DNA from: Calditrichia bacterium
Lineage (GTDB): Bacteria; Calditrichota; Calditrichia; RBG-13-44-9; J075
Assembly (NCBI GenBank): GCA_050633245.1
Contig: JBOEGD010000018.1
Location: 64,001 to 128,000, forward strand
Length of the DNA: 64,000 bases
Direction: 5' to 3'
Positions 10,047-20,355 of the stretch are shown in pieces. The stretch's first letter is position 1. The number at the start of each line of letters is the position of its first letter. Position numbers and translations under genes: made by a program. The notes beneath the pieces are model-generated. The model saw nothing but the letters and a program-made list of their open reading frames with translations, did no database searches and was not told the DNA's origin.

Positions 10047-11075
10047 TTATTCCGGTATATTTCGCAATAGTGCTACTTTCTCTTCATAGAAGGGTGCGTC
10101 ATCCTGAATCTTTTTAAGGGGTTTTAGTGCCTCAGTGCGCTTGTCCATGAAAATGAGGACCATCCCTTGGAAGAAATATTCACGCTCCAGGGGTGTGTTG
10201 TCCTTAGGATGTAAATATCTTACGGCTTCTTGCAAGTGAGCAAGAGCAGATTCAAGAATGATAACGGCTTTGGCTGAGCGATACTCATATTTTTGTGAGG
10301 AGGCCATCTGTGATAAGCCCAGATAGAAAAGATAGTTGCGATAGAGCTTTTTTTTGCTAAGACTGGCGTCCGTCTTAGCGGGCTCAGGAATAAGACTAAC
10401 TGTAGAAGAAAATAACCGATCTGCTTCATCGTATTTAAAAGTCGAATACATGCTGATAGCAATATCATAATTGCGTTCAAGCTTTTTGAAGTCTTTTTCT
10501 TTCTCGGGATGTAGTTTGCCTAAAAATATATCTTCAGCAGATGAATAGGGTACATTTGAAGCAAACGAGTATTCTTTGGGGGCAAATTTAACCTCAGAGA
10601 TGGTTGGGGGAAGAATGAAAAGCAAATAAGTTAGAGCGGCGACAGGGAGTAATGCTATTACTGAACTTACTGCTGAGAGTGGCCATCTTAACGATTTAGC
10701 AGGTTCTGCTTTATATTCTACTCCGTCCATTGTAGCCAGTTGGCTGCACTTAATCCATAGTTTGTCCAGAGTAATTGGAGACTGAAATATGCCTGCCAGG
10801 AAAAACAGTCTGCGTTTTTCAGAGATTGAACCACTATAAAGCTCTAACAATAGATTGTCCAGTTCACGTAACGAGATAGGAGGAGTAATTCTAGAGGGAG
10901 TGTCTTCTATAGCAATGTGAGCCGTTTTTAGCTGATCAATCACTTCAAGCAGCCATTTTATCTCACCGCTTTTCACACGCAATTTTTCCAGTTCATGCGC
11001 CTCAATATCACTTAAGCGACTTTCAATGTAACCTTGAATAACGGAATGATCAGGAATTTCACTTTGCAGTTTCAT
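10047..11075 (-). CDS. Putative transmembrane anti-sigma factor with extracytoplasmic TPR domain
   Basis: N-terminal helical region resembling a Cys-less anti-sigma domain (IQGYIESRLS), one TM (AVSSVIALLPVAALTYLLFIL), TPR-like FYLGLS and FFQGMVLI; lies in the ECF operon. Confidence 0.6.
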   Translation of the reverse strand: MKLQSEIPDHSVIQGYIESRLSDIEAHELEKLRVKSGEIKWLLEVIDQLKTAHIAIEDTPSRITPPISLRELDNLLLELYSGSISEKRRLFFLAGIFQSPITLDKLWIKCSQLATMDGVEYKAEPAKSLRWPLSAVSSVIALLPVAALTYLLFILPPTISEVKFAPKEYSFASNVPYSSAEDIFLGKLHPEKEKDFKKLERNYDIAISMYSTFKYDEADRLFSSTVSLIPEPAKTDASLSKKKLYRNYLFYLGLSQMASSQKYEYRSAKAVIILESALAHLQEAVRYLHPKDNTPLEREYFFQGMVLIFMDKRTEALKPLKKIQDDAPFYEEKVALLRNIPE

Positions 11076-11156
11076 ATTATTCTTCCCCCTTAATGCCGGG
11101 ATGGGGAGTTGTTAATGCCGGTTGTTGTGAATAGATTAAATTATTATTGGCAAATG

Positions 11157-11567
11157 TCATTCTTTCACGCTCCTTCCATCTTTGGCATTAGACGGGGCAG
11201 CATTCTCATGAACATTGGCGAAAATTTGTGCACAATAATAGCAACTATTCAAATGAATAATTACTCTTCGGCACTCATCTATAGGGGAGTTCTCTAAATA
11301 ATAGGCTACAAACCAGGGTATATTATCTTCTAAAAATATCTCTGATAAGCGACATTGGGAATTTGGGATCTCTTTAATGGTCTTGCTACATTCTTCAACA
11401 TTTTTAGTAAGCCTTGTCTTCAGCTCTAGCAAATATGCAAGAAGATCTTTATCAATAATATGCCCGGCAGCATGACCGTGCATATTATCGCGCTCGAATA
11501 GCACACTCAGGTGTGCTCCCAAAGCTGGGTAATTATCGATTTTAATGTCCAACTCCTTGGTATGCAT
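11157..11567 (-). CDS. Zinc-finger anti-sigma-like (ZAS, HxxxCxxC) protein
   Basis: HLNSCYYC motif; directly downstream of ECF sigma; start ATG 11567 or GTG 11576. Confidence 0.6.
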   Translation of the reverse strand: MHTKELDIKIDNYPALGAHLSVLFERDNMHGHAAGHIIDKDLLAYLLELKTRLTKNVEECSKTIKEIPNSQCRLSEIFLEDNIPWFVAYYLENSPIDECRRVIIHLNSCYYCAQIFANVHENAAPSNAKDGRSVKE

Positions 11568-11673
11568 CCGGCACACCTTGCTTGTTTAGATACTTTCCAA
11601 GCCTGCTGTTTACCTTACCTGGTATTAAACAGAGGCACTGAAATGCTAGTTTTCGCATCACTGATAAATCTTC

Positions 11674-12321
11674 TTACTTTTTCCTTAACTTATCTCTTAG
11701 CGTATAACAGATGCGCTGGATATAACTGCGCTGTGCTGCCAGGCGTTTTTCCTCACTGGGATCATTGGCTAAATTTGACTTTAATTTGTTTTGGGAGAAT
11801 CTGCCTATACACGGGTGATTCCAAACGGTGTTTGGATGAATTTCTCGCATCATTGCCAAATAAAAAATATGGATGTCCCGCTCTGCCTGCGTGCCCTGGT
11901 CTCTGATAGCTTTTGCACGTAGCTTTTCTACCTTTTCTTCATAGAACTCCATTCGATTAAACCCTTCTTGAGGGATATCATTAATCGATATTTCTTCATC
12001 ACTCTCACGCTTTTTATAGCGGCGCCAATATGCCGTGATGGTATTCTTTGTTATTATCCGTAGCCAGGTTACGAAAGCCGCAACATTATCAACTTTCTCG
12101 AATGTATGCAGACTTTTATAAACATTTGTCCAGACTTGTGAGGCAAATTCATTAACAAGCTGGGGAAGATTTCCTGTTTTCCAGCCCTTGCAATATTCCC
12201 ATGCCAGTTTATGTACGTAGTCAGAAAAGCTGTTTTTTAGTTCAACCCAACCGCGATTGCTTTTCGCAGTATTTTTATCCAAACAGAGTTTGATGAGTTC
12301 AGCAAGTCTTTCGTCATTCAT
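11674..12321 (-). CDS. ECF-type sigma-70 family sigma factor
   Basis: Region 2: EFASQVWTNVYKSLHTF...FVTWLRIITKNTITAYWR; divergent region 4. Confidence 0.8.
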   Translation of the reverse strand: MNDERLAELIKLCLDKNTAKSNRGWVELKNSFSDYVHKLAWEYCKGWKTGNLPQLVNEFASQVWTNVYKSLHTFEKVDNVAAFVTWLRIITKNTITAYWRRYKKRESDEEISINDIPQEGFNRMEFYEEKVEKLRAKAIRDQGTQAERDIHIFYLAMMREIHPNTVWNHPCIGRFSQNKLKSNLANDPSEEKRLAAQRSYIQRICYTLRDKLRKK

Positions 12322-12722
12322 AGGGAGTCGTCGTAGTTGAGTCGGTGTGCTGTTTCTAAAAATATACGGGTTTTTAGGAAAAGATCAAAAAAGGAATTGT
12401 TGACTTAACAAGTAAGGAGATCTGCAATGAGGGAGGCAAGTTCTCATCAGTTATTTCGGACATAAATGTCTGAATATTTATTAGGTGATTATTGAAAAGA
12501 ACTCTTCGATTTTTTGCTAGAAAGTAAGTATTATCTAGATTTAGTGAATGTTTTTTGCGAAAACTAACGGTTTTTCGCATCTGCTGAAAAAGGATAGTGA
12601 ATAAATTATCTGAGTAGTTGCAACTAAGAAACATTCTGTTTTCTTTCAAAGAGAATGGATGCAATGCATGGGCGATTTTTGGGTTTATTTGAGTAGATTA
12701 AACCTTTACGAGGGTGGGTTGA

Positions 12723-15700
12723 ATGAAATCGAATGATGCTTTCATCAAGTATGCAGAAACGCAGTTTACCTCTATTTCAGAACGAATAGAACCGTTTCTA
12801 GAATTACGTTCGCTGTCAACTGAAGAAGTGGAACAGAAAGATCAGGAGCTGGCCCATGCTGTTCGGATTGCGCTTCTTTTCATGGCGACACGGAGGCATT
12901 CCTATCAATCTACTCCATATGAAATTGAAGCCACCTTTGAAAAATTTATTGACAAAGAAGTTTGTACTAATCTTGCCTTTTTTGCCAGAGGCTATCCCTT
13001 GCCGACTCACGCTTTTATACAAAAGTATTTATATGCTGAACAGAATAGTGCTGAGAAGAATTCCTTAACACGTCGTGATGCGGAAAATGTGATTTGTGCA
13101 TTTCTAGTCGGGTATGCAATTGGTATAGCGCTGAGTTCTATCCTTGGTTCTTCCTTTAGAAAACAATGGTTGTTCGAATACATAGAAATAACCGAAAGAG
13201 AGTTTAAAGAGCTGTTGGGGGAAACCGAAAAGTTCATTTTGGGTTCGAAGCCAAGAATCTCAACTAATGGAAGTCGGTTGCAGGTAGGGCCAGAAAATGA
13301 TCCAATTTGTACGGTTGTGGTTAGAAGTTATTACCTGAGCTCTAATAAAAAACGCATTGAAAGTAGTGATCCGCCGCCTTCCCGAGTTTCTATTGGCGGA
13401 GATGTTGATGGATCGATTATTGCCAGTGGAGAAAATATAACGATAAATGATGGTCATTCTAACACTCATGCATCAATCTCTGAATTAAGGAGGGAATATC
13501 TTAACAATATTTTTGGTAAGGTGGATAGACTTGAGCTGATATCCATTTATCATACTGATGATGTAAGTAATAATGAACTGCTAAATCTAAAAGGACTCTA
13601 TGTTAGTCAATCGGCTCAAAAGCTACAAACCTCTGATACGGAGAGTGGTTCTGAAGATAACAATGAAAACATTGTTTTTTCTCCCAAGAAGCCTAAAGTT
13701 GAACAGCGGAATGCTTTAGAATTGGTGCTTGAAGAACCTCGAATGATTTTGTTAGGAGAGGCTGGAATTGGCAAAAGCAGCTTTGTTAATTTCATCATAC
13801 TCTGTCTGGCTGGAGAGGGAATTGGACATGAACAAACGAATCTTCGAACACTCTCGAATTCTTTTGCATCAAACAAAAGTGAATCTAACCCATCTAAAAA
13901 GTGGGTGGATATCCGTGAAAAGATAAAGAACCTTCTTCCAGTTCTTGTCAAGCTTCGTCATTTAGCTTCTTTTCATCAGAAGCATTACAATGCTAACTCA
14001 AACTTGTTAAAAGAGTATATTAGTGCTCAGCTTGAAGGGCTACGGCTCTCAGAATATAGGTTGCCGCTTTTTCGAGAACTCAAAGATCAGGGTGGAATTT
14101 TGCTGCTAGACGGTCTTGATGAGGTAAATGGCATTGAAGAGTTTCAGAGATTGTTGTCTAAAGAAGTTATTGACTTCAGTAGCCAGTATCCCAAGTGTCG
14201 GGTTATTATTACCAGTCGCAAGCTTGGCTATGAGCGTCGAAAGTGGGCATTCAGTAATTTTGCAGAAGCTGAGCTTATGCTGTTCAATAGAGAACAAATT
14301 AACTATACTATTCGTCGGTGGTATGAGCTGATTCAGACAAATAATCGCTCAGCTAAACCTCAGTATCAAATAAAAGAGACTGAGATTAAAGAGTTTATCG
14401 ATAATAATCGCTATGTATTTAATCTTGCGCAACGTCCATTGCTTTTAACCCTGATGTTAAGCTTAAACACCTGGGGGCATGGAAGTTTACCAAAAGAAAA
14501 AGCAGATTTATATGACCGAGCCGTAATGTTGTTACTGGAAAACTGGGAAGTGCGGAAAGCTAAAACATTAGGCAAGGATGGGGGCAATGCCCCTTTATCA
14601 GCATATATGAAGATTGGTAAAGAAGAAATCCGAAAGTTATTGAGCCTGTTGGCATTTGAGGCCATACAAGATAAGGAACAGGCAGAAGGCGGTTTATATA
14701 TTTCAAAAGATAAGCTTATTCGTAAGCTCTTTGATTTAAATAATAACTCGTCGGTTAACTTGGCCGATTTGGAACAATATCTGAGTGAGCGTAGCGGAAT
14801 TTTAGTACCAATTGGCGAAGACCGCTACACTTTTTCGCATAGAACTGTTCAAGAATATATGGCGGCATGCCATTTAACAGAAAAGCATAACTTTCCAGAA
14901 GAAATTGCCAAATTGGCTCGGGAAGATCCTCCTCGCTGGAGAGAAGTTGTTCTTCTTGCAGCGGCAAAAGCATCTTTTAAATTACGAAACAGCATCTGGC
15001 TGCTTTGTAATGCTCTCTGTGTTAAGGCTCCAACTGGAATGTCACGCATTACGGAAAATCATTGGGGAGGGCAACTGGCAGCCCAGGCATTGCTGGAAAC
15101 TATTCCACCTGATGAAATCCCCGAAACCTATTTACCGGTGAAAAAAAAGCTGCAAAATTGCTTGAAATCCATTATTTCCCATTCAAAGTTTGAATTAAAT
15201 GAACGGATATTAGCCGGGCTTAATTTAGCAGCGTTGGGAGATAATAGAAGGCATATCTGTGAAGTTGATAGAGCTAAATTTACATTTGTTCCTGGTGGAG
15301 ATTTCTGGATGGGAGCAGCAGAGAATAATAAACATTCCTATCCAACTGAACAGCCGGGGCATCTAAACCCCGACTTGGTAATGTCTTTCTATATGTCAGT
15401 TTTCCCGGTTAGTAACGGGCAATTTACGGTTTTCGAAAAGGAGAGAGGCTACGATTGTAGTATTTATTGGGAGGAGGCCGCAAAAATCGGTATCTGGAAA
15501 GAAGGATATCTTGTTAGTAATTGGTCCGATGATGTTAGAAATGCCCATAAGGATTACGGATCACAATTTAATGCGGTTAATCAGCCGGTTGTTGGCATTA
15601 CTTGGTATGAAGCTCTTGCATACTGTCGTTGGTTGGACAACCGGTGGAAAAAGATGAAGATGCTCTCTTCTGGTTACCAGGTTGTATTGCCTTCAGAACG

Positions 15701-16175
15701 AATGTGGGAAAAAGCCGCTCGAGGTGGCGTAAAAATACCTGCAAAAAAGCGAATTAAGCAAATAGGATCCCTTGAGTGGTCTGAGCATGAAATTGTTGGA
15801 AACATACTCGAGCAGAGACAATATCCATGGGGGGATGCTATAACCATTGATTTTGCACTTTTTGCCGAACACAAATTAATTTCGACGAATCCGCTGGGTT
15901 GTTTTCCCGGGGGGGAAAGTCCTTATGGGTGTCAGGAAATGTCAGGAGGAATTAATGAATGGTGTTCTACAAAATGGGGGCACTCATTAGATAGTGGCTT
16001 TGTTGAACAGATCGATGAAAGTAATGAGAACCGTGTGATTCGCGGTGGGGGCTGGTCTAATTCAGCTTATCATATTCGTTGCTCACACCGCTTTAACGCC
16101 GTTCCCACTCTTTACATGCAGAACATTGGCTTCAGAATTGCCGTTGTTCCTAAAGATATGGTAACTGAGGGCTAA
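12723..16175 (+). CDS. NACHT NTPase with C-terminal FGE-sulfatase (SUMF1-like) domain, bacterial NLR-like protein
   Basis: Walker A GEAGIGKS, Walker B LLLDGLDE, ITSR, PLLL, FSHRTVQEY, WREVVLL; FGE motifs FWMG, LPSERMWEKAARG, YPWG, SPYGCQEMSG, RVIRGGGW, IGFR. Confidence 0.9.
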   Translation: MKSNDAFIKYAETQFTSISERIEPFLELRSLSTEEVEQKDQELAHAVRIALLFMATRRHSYQSTPYEIEATFEKFIDKEVCTNLAFFARGYPLPTHAFIQKYLYAEQNSAEKNSLTRRDAENVICAFLVGYAIGIALSSILGSSFRKQWLFEYIEITEREFKELLGETEKFILGSKPRISTNGSRLQVGPENDPICTVVVRSYYLSSNKKRIESSDPPPSRVSIGGDVDGSIIASGENITINDGHSNTHASISELRREYLNNIFGKVDRLELISIYHTDDVSNNELLNLKGLYVSQSAQKLQTSDTESGSEDNNENIVFSPKKPKVEQRNALELVLEEPRMILLGEAGIGKSSFVNFIILCLAGEGIGHEQTNLRTLSNSFASNKSESNPSKKWVDIREKIKNLLPVLVKLRHLASFHQKHYNANSNLLKEYISAQLEGLRLSEYRLPLFRELKDQGGILLLDGLDEVNGIEEFQRLLSKEVIDFSSQYPKCRVIITSRKLGYERRKWAFSNFAEAELMLFNREQINYTIRRWYELIQTNNRSAKPQYQIKETEIKEFIDNNRYVFNLAQRPLLLTLMLSLNTWGHGSLPKEKADLYDRAVMLLLENWEVRKAKTLGKDGGNAPLSAYMKIGKEEIRKLLSLLAFEAIQDKEQAEGGLYISKDKLIRKLFDLNNNSSVNLADLEQYLSERSGILVPIGEDRYTFSHRTVQEYMAACHLTEKHNFPEEIAKLAREDPPRWREVVLLAAAKASFKLRNSIWLLCNALCVKAPTGMSRITENHWGGQLAAQALLETIPPDEIPETYLPVKKKLQNCLKSIISHSKFELNERILAGLNLAALGDNRRHICEVDRAKFTFVPGGDFWMGAAENNKHSYPTEQPGHLNPDLVMSFYMSVFPVSNGQFTVFEKERGYDCSIYWEEAAKIGIWKEGYLVSNWSDDVRNAHKDYGSQFNAVNQPVVGITWYEALAYCRWLDNRWKKMKMLSSGYQVVLPSERMWEKAARGGVKIPAKKRIKQIGSLEWSEHEIVGNILEQRQYPWGDAITIDFALFAEHKLISTNPLGCFPGGESPYGCQEMSGGINEWCSTKWGHSLDSGFVEQIDESNENRVIRGGGWSNSAYHIRCSHRFNAVPTLYMQNIGFRIAVVPKDMVTEG

Positions 16176-16182
16176 GCAGATT

Positions 16183-16722
16183 TTAACTAGGATTCTCCTG
16201 TTGGATATGTACATGTTTCAGAGCTTTTTGAGCCAATAATCTGAGCTCGGGTAATTCATCTATATCATTAACTACTTTTGTTAAAGCGATGTGTGACTTC
16301 ATATCTCCAATTGCCCGTAAGCCAAAAATTGCCCTGCGACGCTCATCAGTATCGGGATGTTTTAAGAAGAGGTGATATGAATTTTCATATGCCAGTTGCC
16401 TAAATTCAGGTGCTTCCAGCGATCCTCTTTCTTGGAGAATATCCATACTCTGAATATAGGCATCAGAAAAGAAACCTGTTGCTAAGTGATTCACAAAATC
16501 TTGGGTTTTTGTAAGCCGTTCTTCGCTTTTTTTCATTAAGGTCATTTGTGAGTGAATTGTAGCAATCTGACCATTGAGATCCAGACGGGCACGTTTACTA
16601 CTCTGGTACAATTGATAGGAAGTGAATTGAATCAGTAGTGCAACAATTACCGTGATGGTTAAGATCAGTAAATTGATTATCAAAAAGCCTTCATTTGTGA
16701 GCATATTCATACCTTCCTCCAT
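16183..16722 (-). CDS. Hypothetical membrane protein with C-terminal HEAT-like repeat
   Basis: N-terminal TM, coiled region, HPDTDERRRAIFGLRAIGD...LRLLAQKAL; start uncertain (16722, 16710 or 16704). Confidence 0.6.
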   Translation of the reverse strand: MEEGMNMLTNEGFLIINLLILTITVIVALLIQFTSYQLYQSSKRARLDLNGQIATIHSQMTLMKKSEERLTKTQDFVNHLATGFFSDAYIQSMDILQERGSLEAPEFRQLAYENSYHLFLKHPDTDERRRAIFGLRAIGDMKSHIALTKVVNDIDELPELRLLAQKALKHVHIQQENPS

Positions 16723-16798
16723 ATTCAGATCCTTTTCGGAAAAAAATTTATGTCTTGTTATTTAGAACGAGATAATTAGACATTGAGTTTCACTTTAG

Positions 16799-17197
16799 CT
16801 ACCCTTCGAGTAATTCTTTCACTTTTTCATAATATTCTCTGGGGGACAGAGGCTTTTTGAAGTATGCAAGTACCCGCTCATCATTGTGGAGCTTTTTCAA
16901 ATCTTGTCTGGCAGTAAGGACAACGATAGGAATTCTGCCCTTGGTAGTATCATGAATCTTATCTAATAAAAGTAAGCCTGCATCCATGCCGGCATCACTT
17001 TCAGCAGAAAACTTGGGATCCTTAACGGTCATCATGATATCCAAAGAAATGAGATCACAATCAAGGTTCACTTGCAATATCTTAAGTGCTTCCTGAGGAT
17101 CGCGAGCTTGTACAATTTTGCAACTGCAAAATTTTTCCAAATAGTCTTTAAATAGCTTCATTCTACTAATATCATCATCTACAAGAAATATTTTCAT
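16799..17197 (-). CDS. Single-domain response regulator receiver
   Basis: IFLVDDD, DLISLDIMM, VLTAR, FKKP; ATGA overlap with the upstream kinase. Confidence 0.9.
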   Translation of the reverse strand: MKIFLVDDDISRMKLFKDYLEKFCSCKIVQARDPQEALKILQVNLDCDLISLDIMMTVKDPKFSAESDAGMDAGLLLLDKIHDTTKGRIPIVVLTARQDLKKLHNDERVLAYFKKPLSPREYYEKVKELLEG

Positions 17198-20100
17198 GGG
17201 GAAGGAGCTTTCTTTCTTAACGAGTCTGGAAGATATATCGTAAATTTTGTTGGGTTTCTTTTATTTGTCAGTTCGATCTCACCACTATGAAACTCAATGA
17301 TCTTTTTTGCTACAGAAAGTCCGGTACCAGTGCCATATACGTCAATTTTTTTTACGTTGCTGCCGCGCTTGAACTCTTCAAATATGATATCAAGATCATC
17401 ATCCGCAATACCAATGCCCCAGTTCAAAACACTGATAGTATGCCATATCTTATTTTTAATGCCCGGGAAATCATGATGTCTTGTTGCGCAGATTATTTCG
17501 ATGTTTCGCAGACCGTATTGCGAATACTTCACTGCGTTATCGAGTAGATTCCAAATCGCCTGTTCAATGCGAAAAAAATCTAGATATAATTCAGGAAAGT
17601 CATCTGGAACAACTTTTATTTCAATGTTTTTATCTAATCTTGCCTTTGATCGTAATGCATTAGCGACTTTTTCGATAATTAAGTTCGGGTTAGTTGGAAT
17701 ATATTTATATAAATTGATTGCTTCGGAACTATCCCATGCCTGTATTTCAATATCCCCAATTACCCAATTTAGGATCTCGATCTCGGTTCGGAAGGATTGG
17801 AAAAGCGAATTAATTTGATCACTCTCCTCATTTAATTCTTGTTTCAATGTCTCCTGAAGGTAATCTGTAGACGAAAGCATCACATGTAACGGATTGCGTA
17901 ATTCGTGACTTAAATAATTAAGAAAATTCTGCCTTTGCTGATTAAACTCTATGTTCTCGATAATTTTTGTAACAATACTTCCAGTTAGATTTAGAAAGTC
18001 TTTGTCACCCTGTAGAAAAGATATAGGAGCATTTTGTGGATTTTGCCTATTTATACAGTTTAGAACACCGATAGATTTTCCACGACTGTCAATAATAGGA
18101 GTGGAAATCATTGAGATGCTTTTAGTACGTCGCTCTTTAATCAGATTTTCGGAATTGTAGTCATTTTGATAAGCATCGAAAATAAGTGTGGTCTCTCTGC
18201 GATTCATCACCTCAAATGTAATACTGTTTTCATCCCCATGATAAATATCTACCCCTATTACCTCTTGAATATCAACATTTTTTCTTTCAAAAAATTTTGT
18301 TGCCTTTTTCGCCGTTGTTGCTTTAAGGTATAAAGCATTATGATTAGGGTTTAACATATATAGAGAACAGGTTTCTGAGTCAATGACTTCTCTTATCATT
18401 TCAACTAAATTATGGTAAACGTTTTCTTCACCAGCTTGCTCGAATTTATGCAACCCTTTTCTAAGTAACTCTAGCTGATGAAACTGATTTCTTAACTGGG
18501 TTCGTTCTACGATGACACCAAGCCTTTTGGCAATACGCTTTAATCGCCTTTCGAGTTCGGTATTTGGCGAGTTATTATTTAGAGGGAGTTTGAAGCACAT
18601 TATTCCAATAAGTGTAGAAAGTTGCTTAGAAAACTTTTTTTTATAGCTTTCTCGAGATAGGAAATTAATCGGAACAATTAGATAAGTGAATTTACTGTTT
18701 TCTTCAAATAATTTACTTATTTCAGGGTACTTGGGTTGATCGATAAAAATCGAATCGAATCGCTTGATCTCATCAGAACTCTCACTCTCTAAATAATCAC
18801 CAAAAACAATGTCATCTTTATTAATCAGAAGAAACTCTTTATCTGCAAGAGGGACGCTTAGTTCCTTAGAAGCATGCTTTTTTACATATAAGAAATGCTT
18901 ACCAAAAATAAACTTTAAATTGTTTGGTTGTGCCTCTCCTTTAAATCCTTCTTCTATTGGCAGCCAGAATGATGCATGAGCAAAGTTGAGGTTTGTTGCC
19001 AAATACTTCAGCATTTTTACAAAGACCTCATTGATGTCATCAATGCCAGACAGCTCATTGAGGAACTTTTCCTCTTCCAAGCGCTGAAGCTCAAACTCTA
19101 GATTCTTCTCATTCTGTAGTGCAACTGCCAATTGAGAGGCAATTGTATTCATTATGCGCGTTTGATTTTTTGTAAATCCGACAGGTAATAAACTATCTTT
19201 TGAAAGATTCTTTCCTTCATTATTTTCTTTAAGTCGATTCAGCAATACGATGAATCCCAATGGCTCCTTCTCGCTGGAATACATTGGCGAAATTAACAGG
19301 TGCTGCAGTTTCCCGGTTCGTAAAATTTTATCTCTAGTAGTTTTCGCACCGCTGGAATCGAACTCAATGCCAAGCTTCCTCCTGTATTGATTCGAGCGAT
19401 CAAATAAATCCCCATGCCTCTTTGTATCCCAGTAAAACGTACGTTTGTCTGTAGGAACGATTTGCCGTGTTTTCAAGATTGAACCGGATAAGGAGCTGTC
19501 GGTGTTACGCGTTTGTAGGCTTCGTAATATTGCTGCCAACTCTTTTGTTAACTCAAAGGCCGTATAGGTTGCCTCATCAATAATTTCGTTGTTTTGACAA
19601 TAGCCGATGGCACAGTATTCAACCTGCATATTTGTTCCAATTTTTTCACAATACGTCTGTAGCTTCTCCTCCAAGGTAGTAGAAGTCTGATTGGTCTCAA
19701 TTTCAGCAACTTCCTGAAGAGCAAAGATAAGTCTATTCTGGAGTTGGCGAGCCTCAGTAAGTTCACGAAAACGATTACTGTTCTGCAAGTATAGAAAGGT
19801 GCCCAAAGCAATTGAACAGATCATCCAAATAAGAGAAAGGGTTTCAAAGTTATAGCCGACATTGAAAAACAGAGGGAGTAAAAAAGCGCAACTTGAGACG
19901 CTACCGTCACCTAAAAGGTATACTCTGTTCACTTTTCCGCCATCAGACTTTAAATAGGTAGGAAAATAGTATGAATGTAGAAATATATATAGATAGCTAA
20001 CGTGCAACAGATGTTGCACGTTAATTGTAAAGGCAACTGCCAAGCAATATATTGCCATGACATCCAAAACTATTGGCAATACCCTCATAGAAAGAATCGA

Positions 20101-20355
20101 TTTAATATGTATCTCTGGTGGGGTTTCATCAGGAAGCGTGAAAATGTTCAGCCATTGCAGGACTCTATAATTAATGATATAACAGATTCCAAAGCCTATT
20201 AACCAGTAATAGTTTGTGTGGTCAGAAAGGAACCGCCCGTGTCTTGTGATGAAAAGGAAAAGCAGAACAGCGCCGACTAACCAGTGGCCTGCTTTTCTGA
20301 AGAAAAGAAAAGAAGCGATTCGATGGGTAGGAAGTGAATATACCATTATAGTCAC
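17194..20355 (-). CDS. Membrane multi-GAF sensor histidine kinase
   Basis: N-terminal TM helices, GAF-like segments, SHELRNPL, NLLDNAVKYS, NWGIGI, FEEFKRG, GTGTGL. Confidence 0.9.
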   Translation of the reverse strand: MTIMVYSLPTHRIASFLFFRKAGHWLVGAVLLFLFITRHGRFLSDHTNYYWLIGFGICYIINYRVLQWLNIFTLPDETPPEIHIKSILSMRVLPIVLDVMAIYCLAVAFTINVQHLLHVSYLYIFLHSYYFPTYLKSDGGKVNRVYLLGDGSVSSCAFLLPLFFNVGYNFETLSLIWMICSIALGTFLYLQNSNRFRELTEARQLQNRLIFALQEVAEIETNQTSTTLEEKLQTYCEKIGTNMQVEYCAIGYCQNNEIIDEATYTAFELTKELAAILRSLQTRNTDSSLSGSILKTRQIVPTDKRTFYWDTKRHGDLFDRSNQYRRKLGIEFDSSGAKTTRDKILRTGKLQHLLISPMYSSEKEPLGFIVLLNRLKENNEGKNLSKDSLLPVGFTKNQTRIMNTIASQLAVALQNEKNLEFELQRLEEEKFLNELSGIDDINEVFVKMLKYLATNLNFAHASFWLPIEEGFKGEAQPNNLKFIFGKHFLYVKKHASKELSVPLADKEFLLINKDDIVFGDYLESESSDEIKRFDSIFIDQPKYPEISKLFEENSKFTYLIVPINFLSRESYKKKFSKQLSTLIGIMCFKLPLNNNSPNTELERRLKRIAKRLGVIVERTQLRNQFHQLELLRKGLHKFEQAGEENVYHNLVEMIREVIDSETCSLYMLNPNHNALYLKATTAKKATKFFERKNVDIQEVIGVDIYHGDENSITFEVMNRRETTLIFDAYQNDYNSENLIKERRTKSISMISTPIIDSRGKSIGVLNCINRQNPQNAPISFLQGDKDFLNLTGSIVTKIIENIEFNQQRQNFLNYLSHELRNPLHVMLSSTDYLQETLKQELNEESDQINSLFQSFRTEIEILNWVIGDIEIQAWDSSEAINLYKYIPTNPNLIIEKVANALRSKARLDKNIEIKVVPDDFPELYLDFFRIEQAIWNLLDNAVKYSQYGLRNIEIICATRHHDFPGIKNKIWHTISVLNWGIGIADDDLDIIFEEFKRGSNVKKIDVYGTGTGLSVAKKIIEFHSGEIELTNKRNPTKFTIYLPDSLRKKAPSP

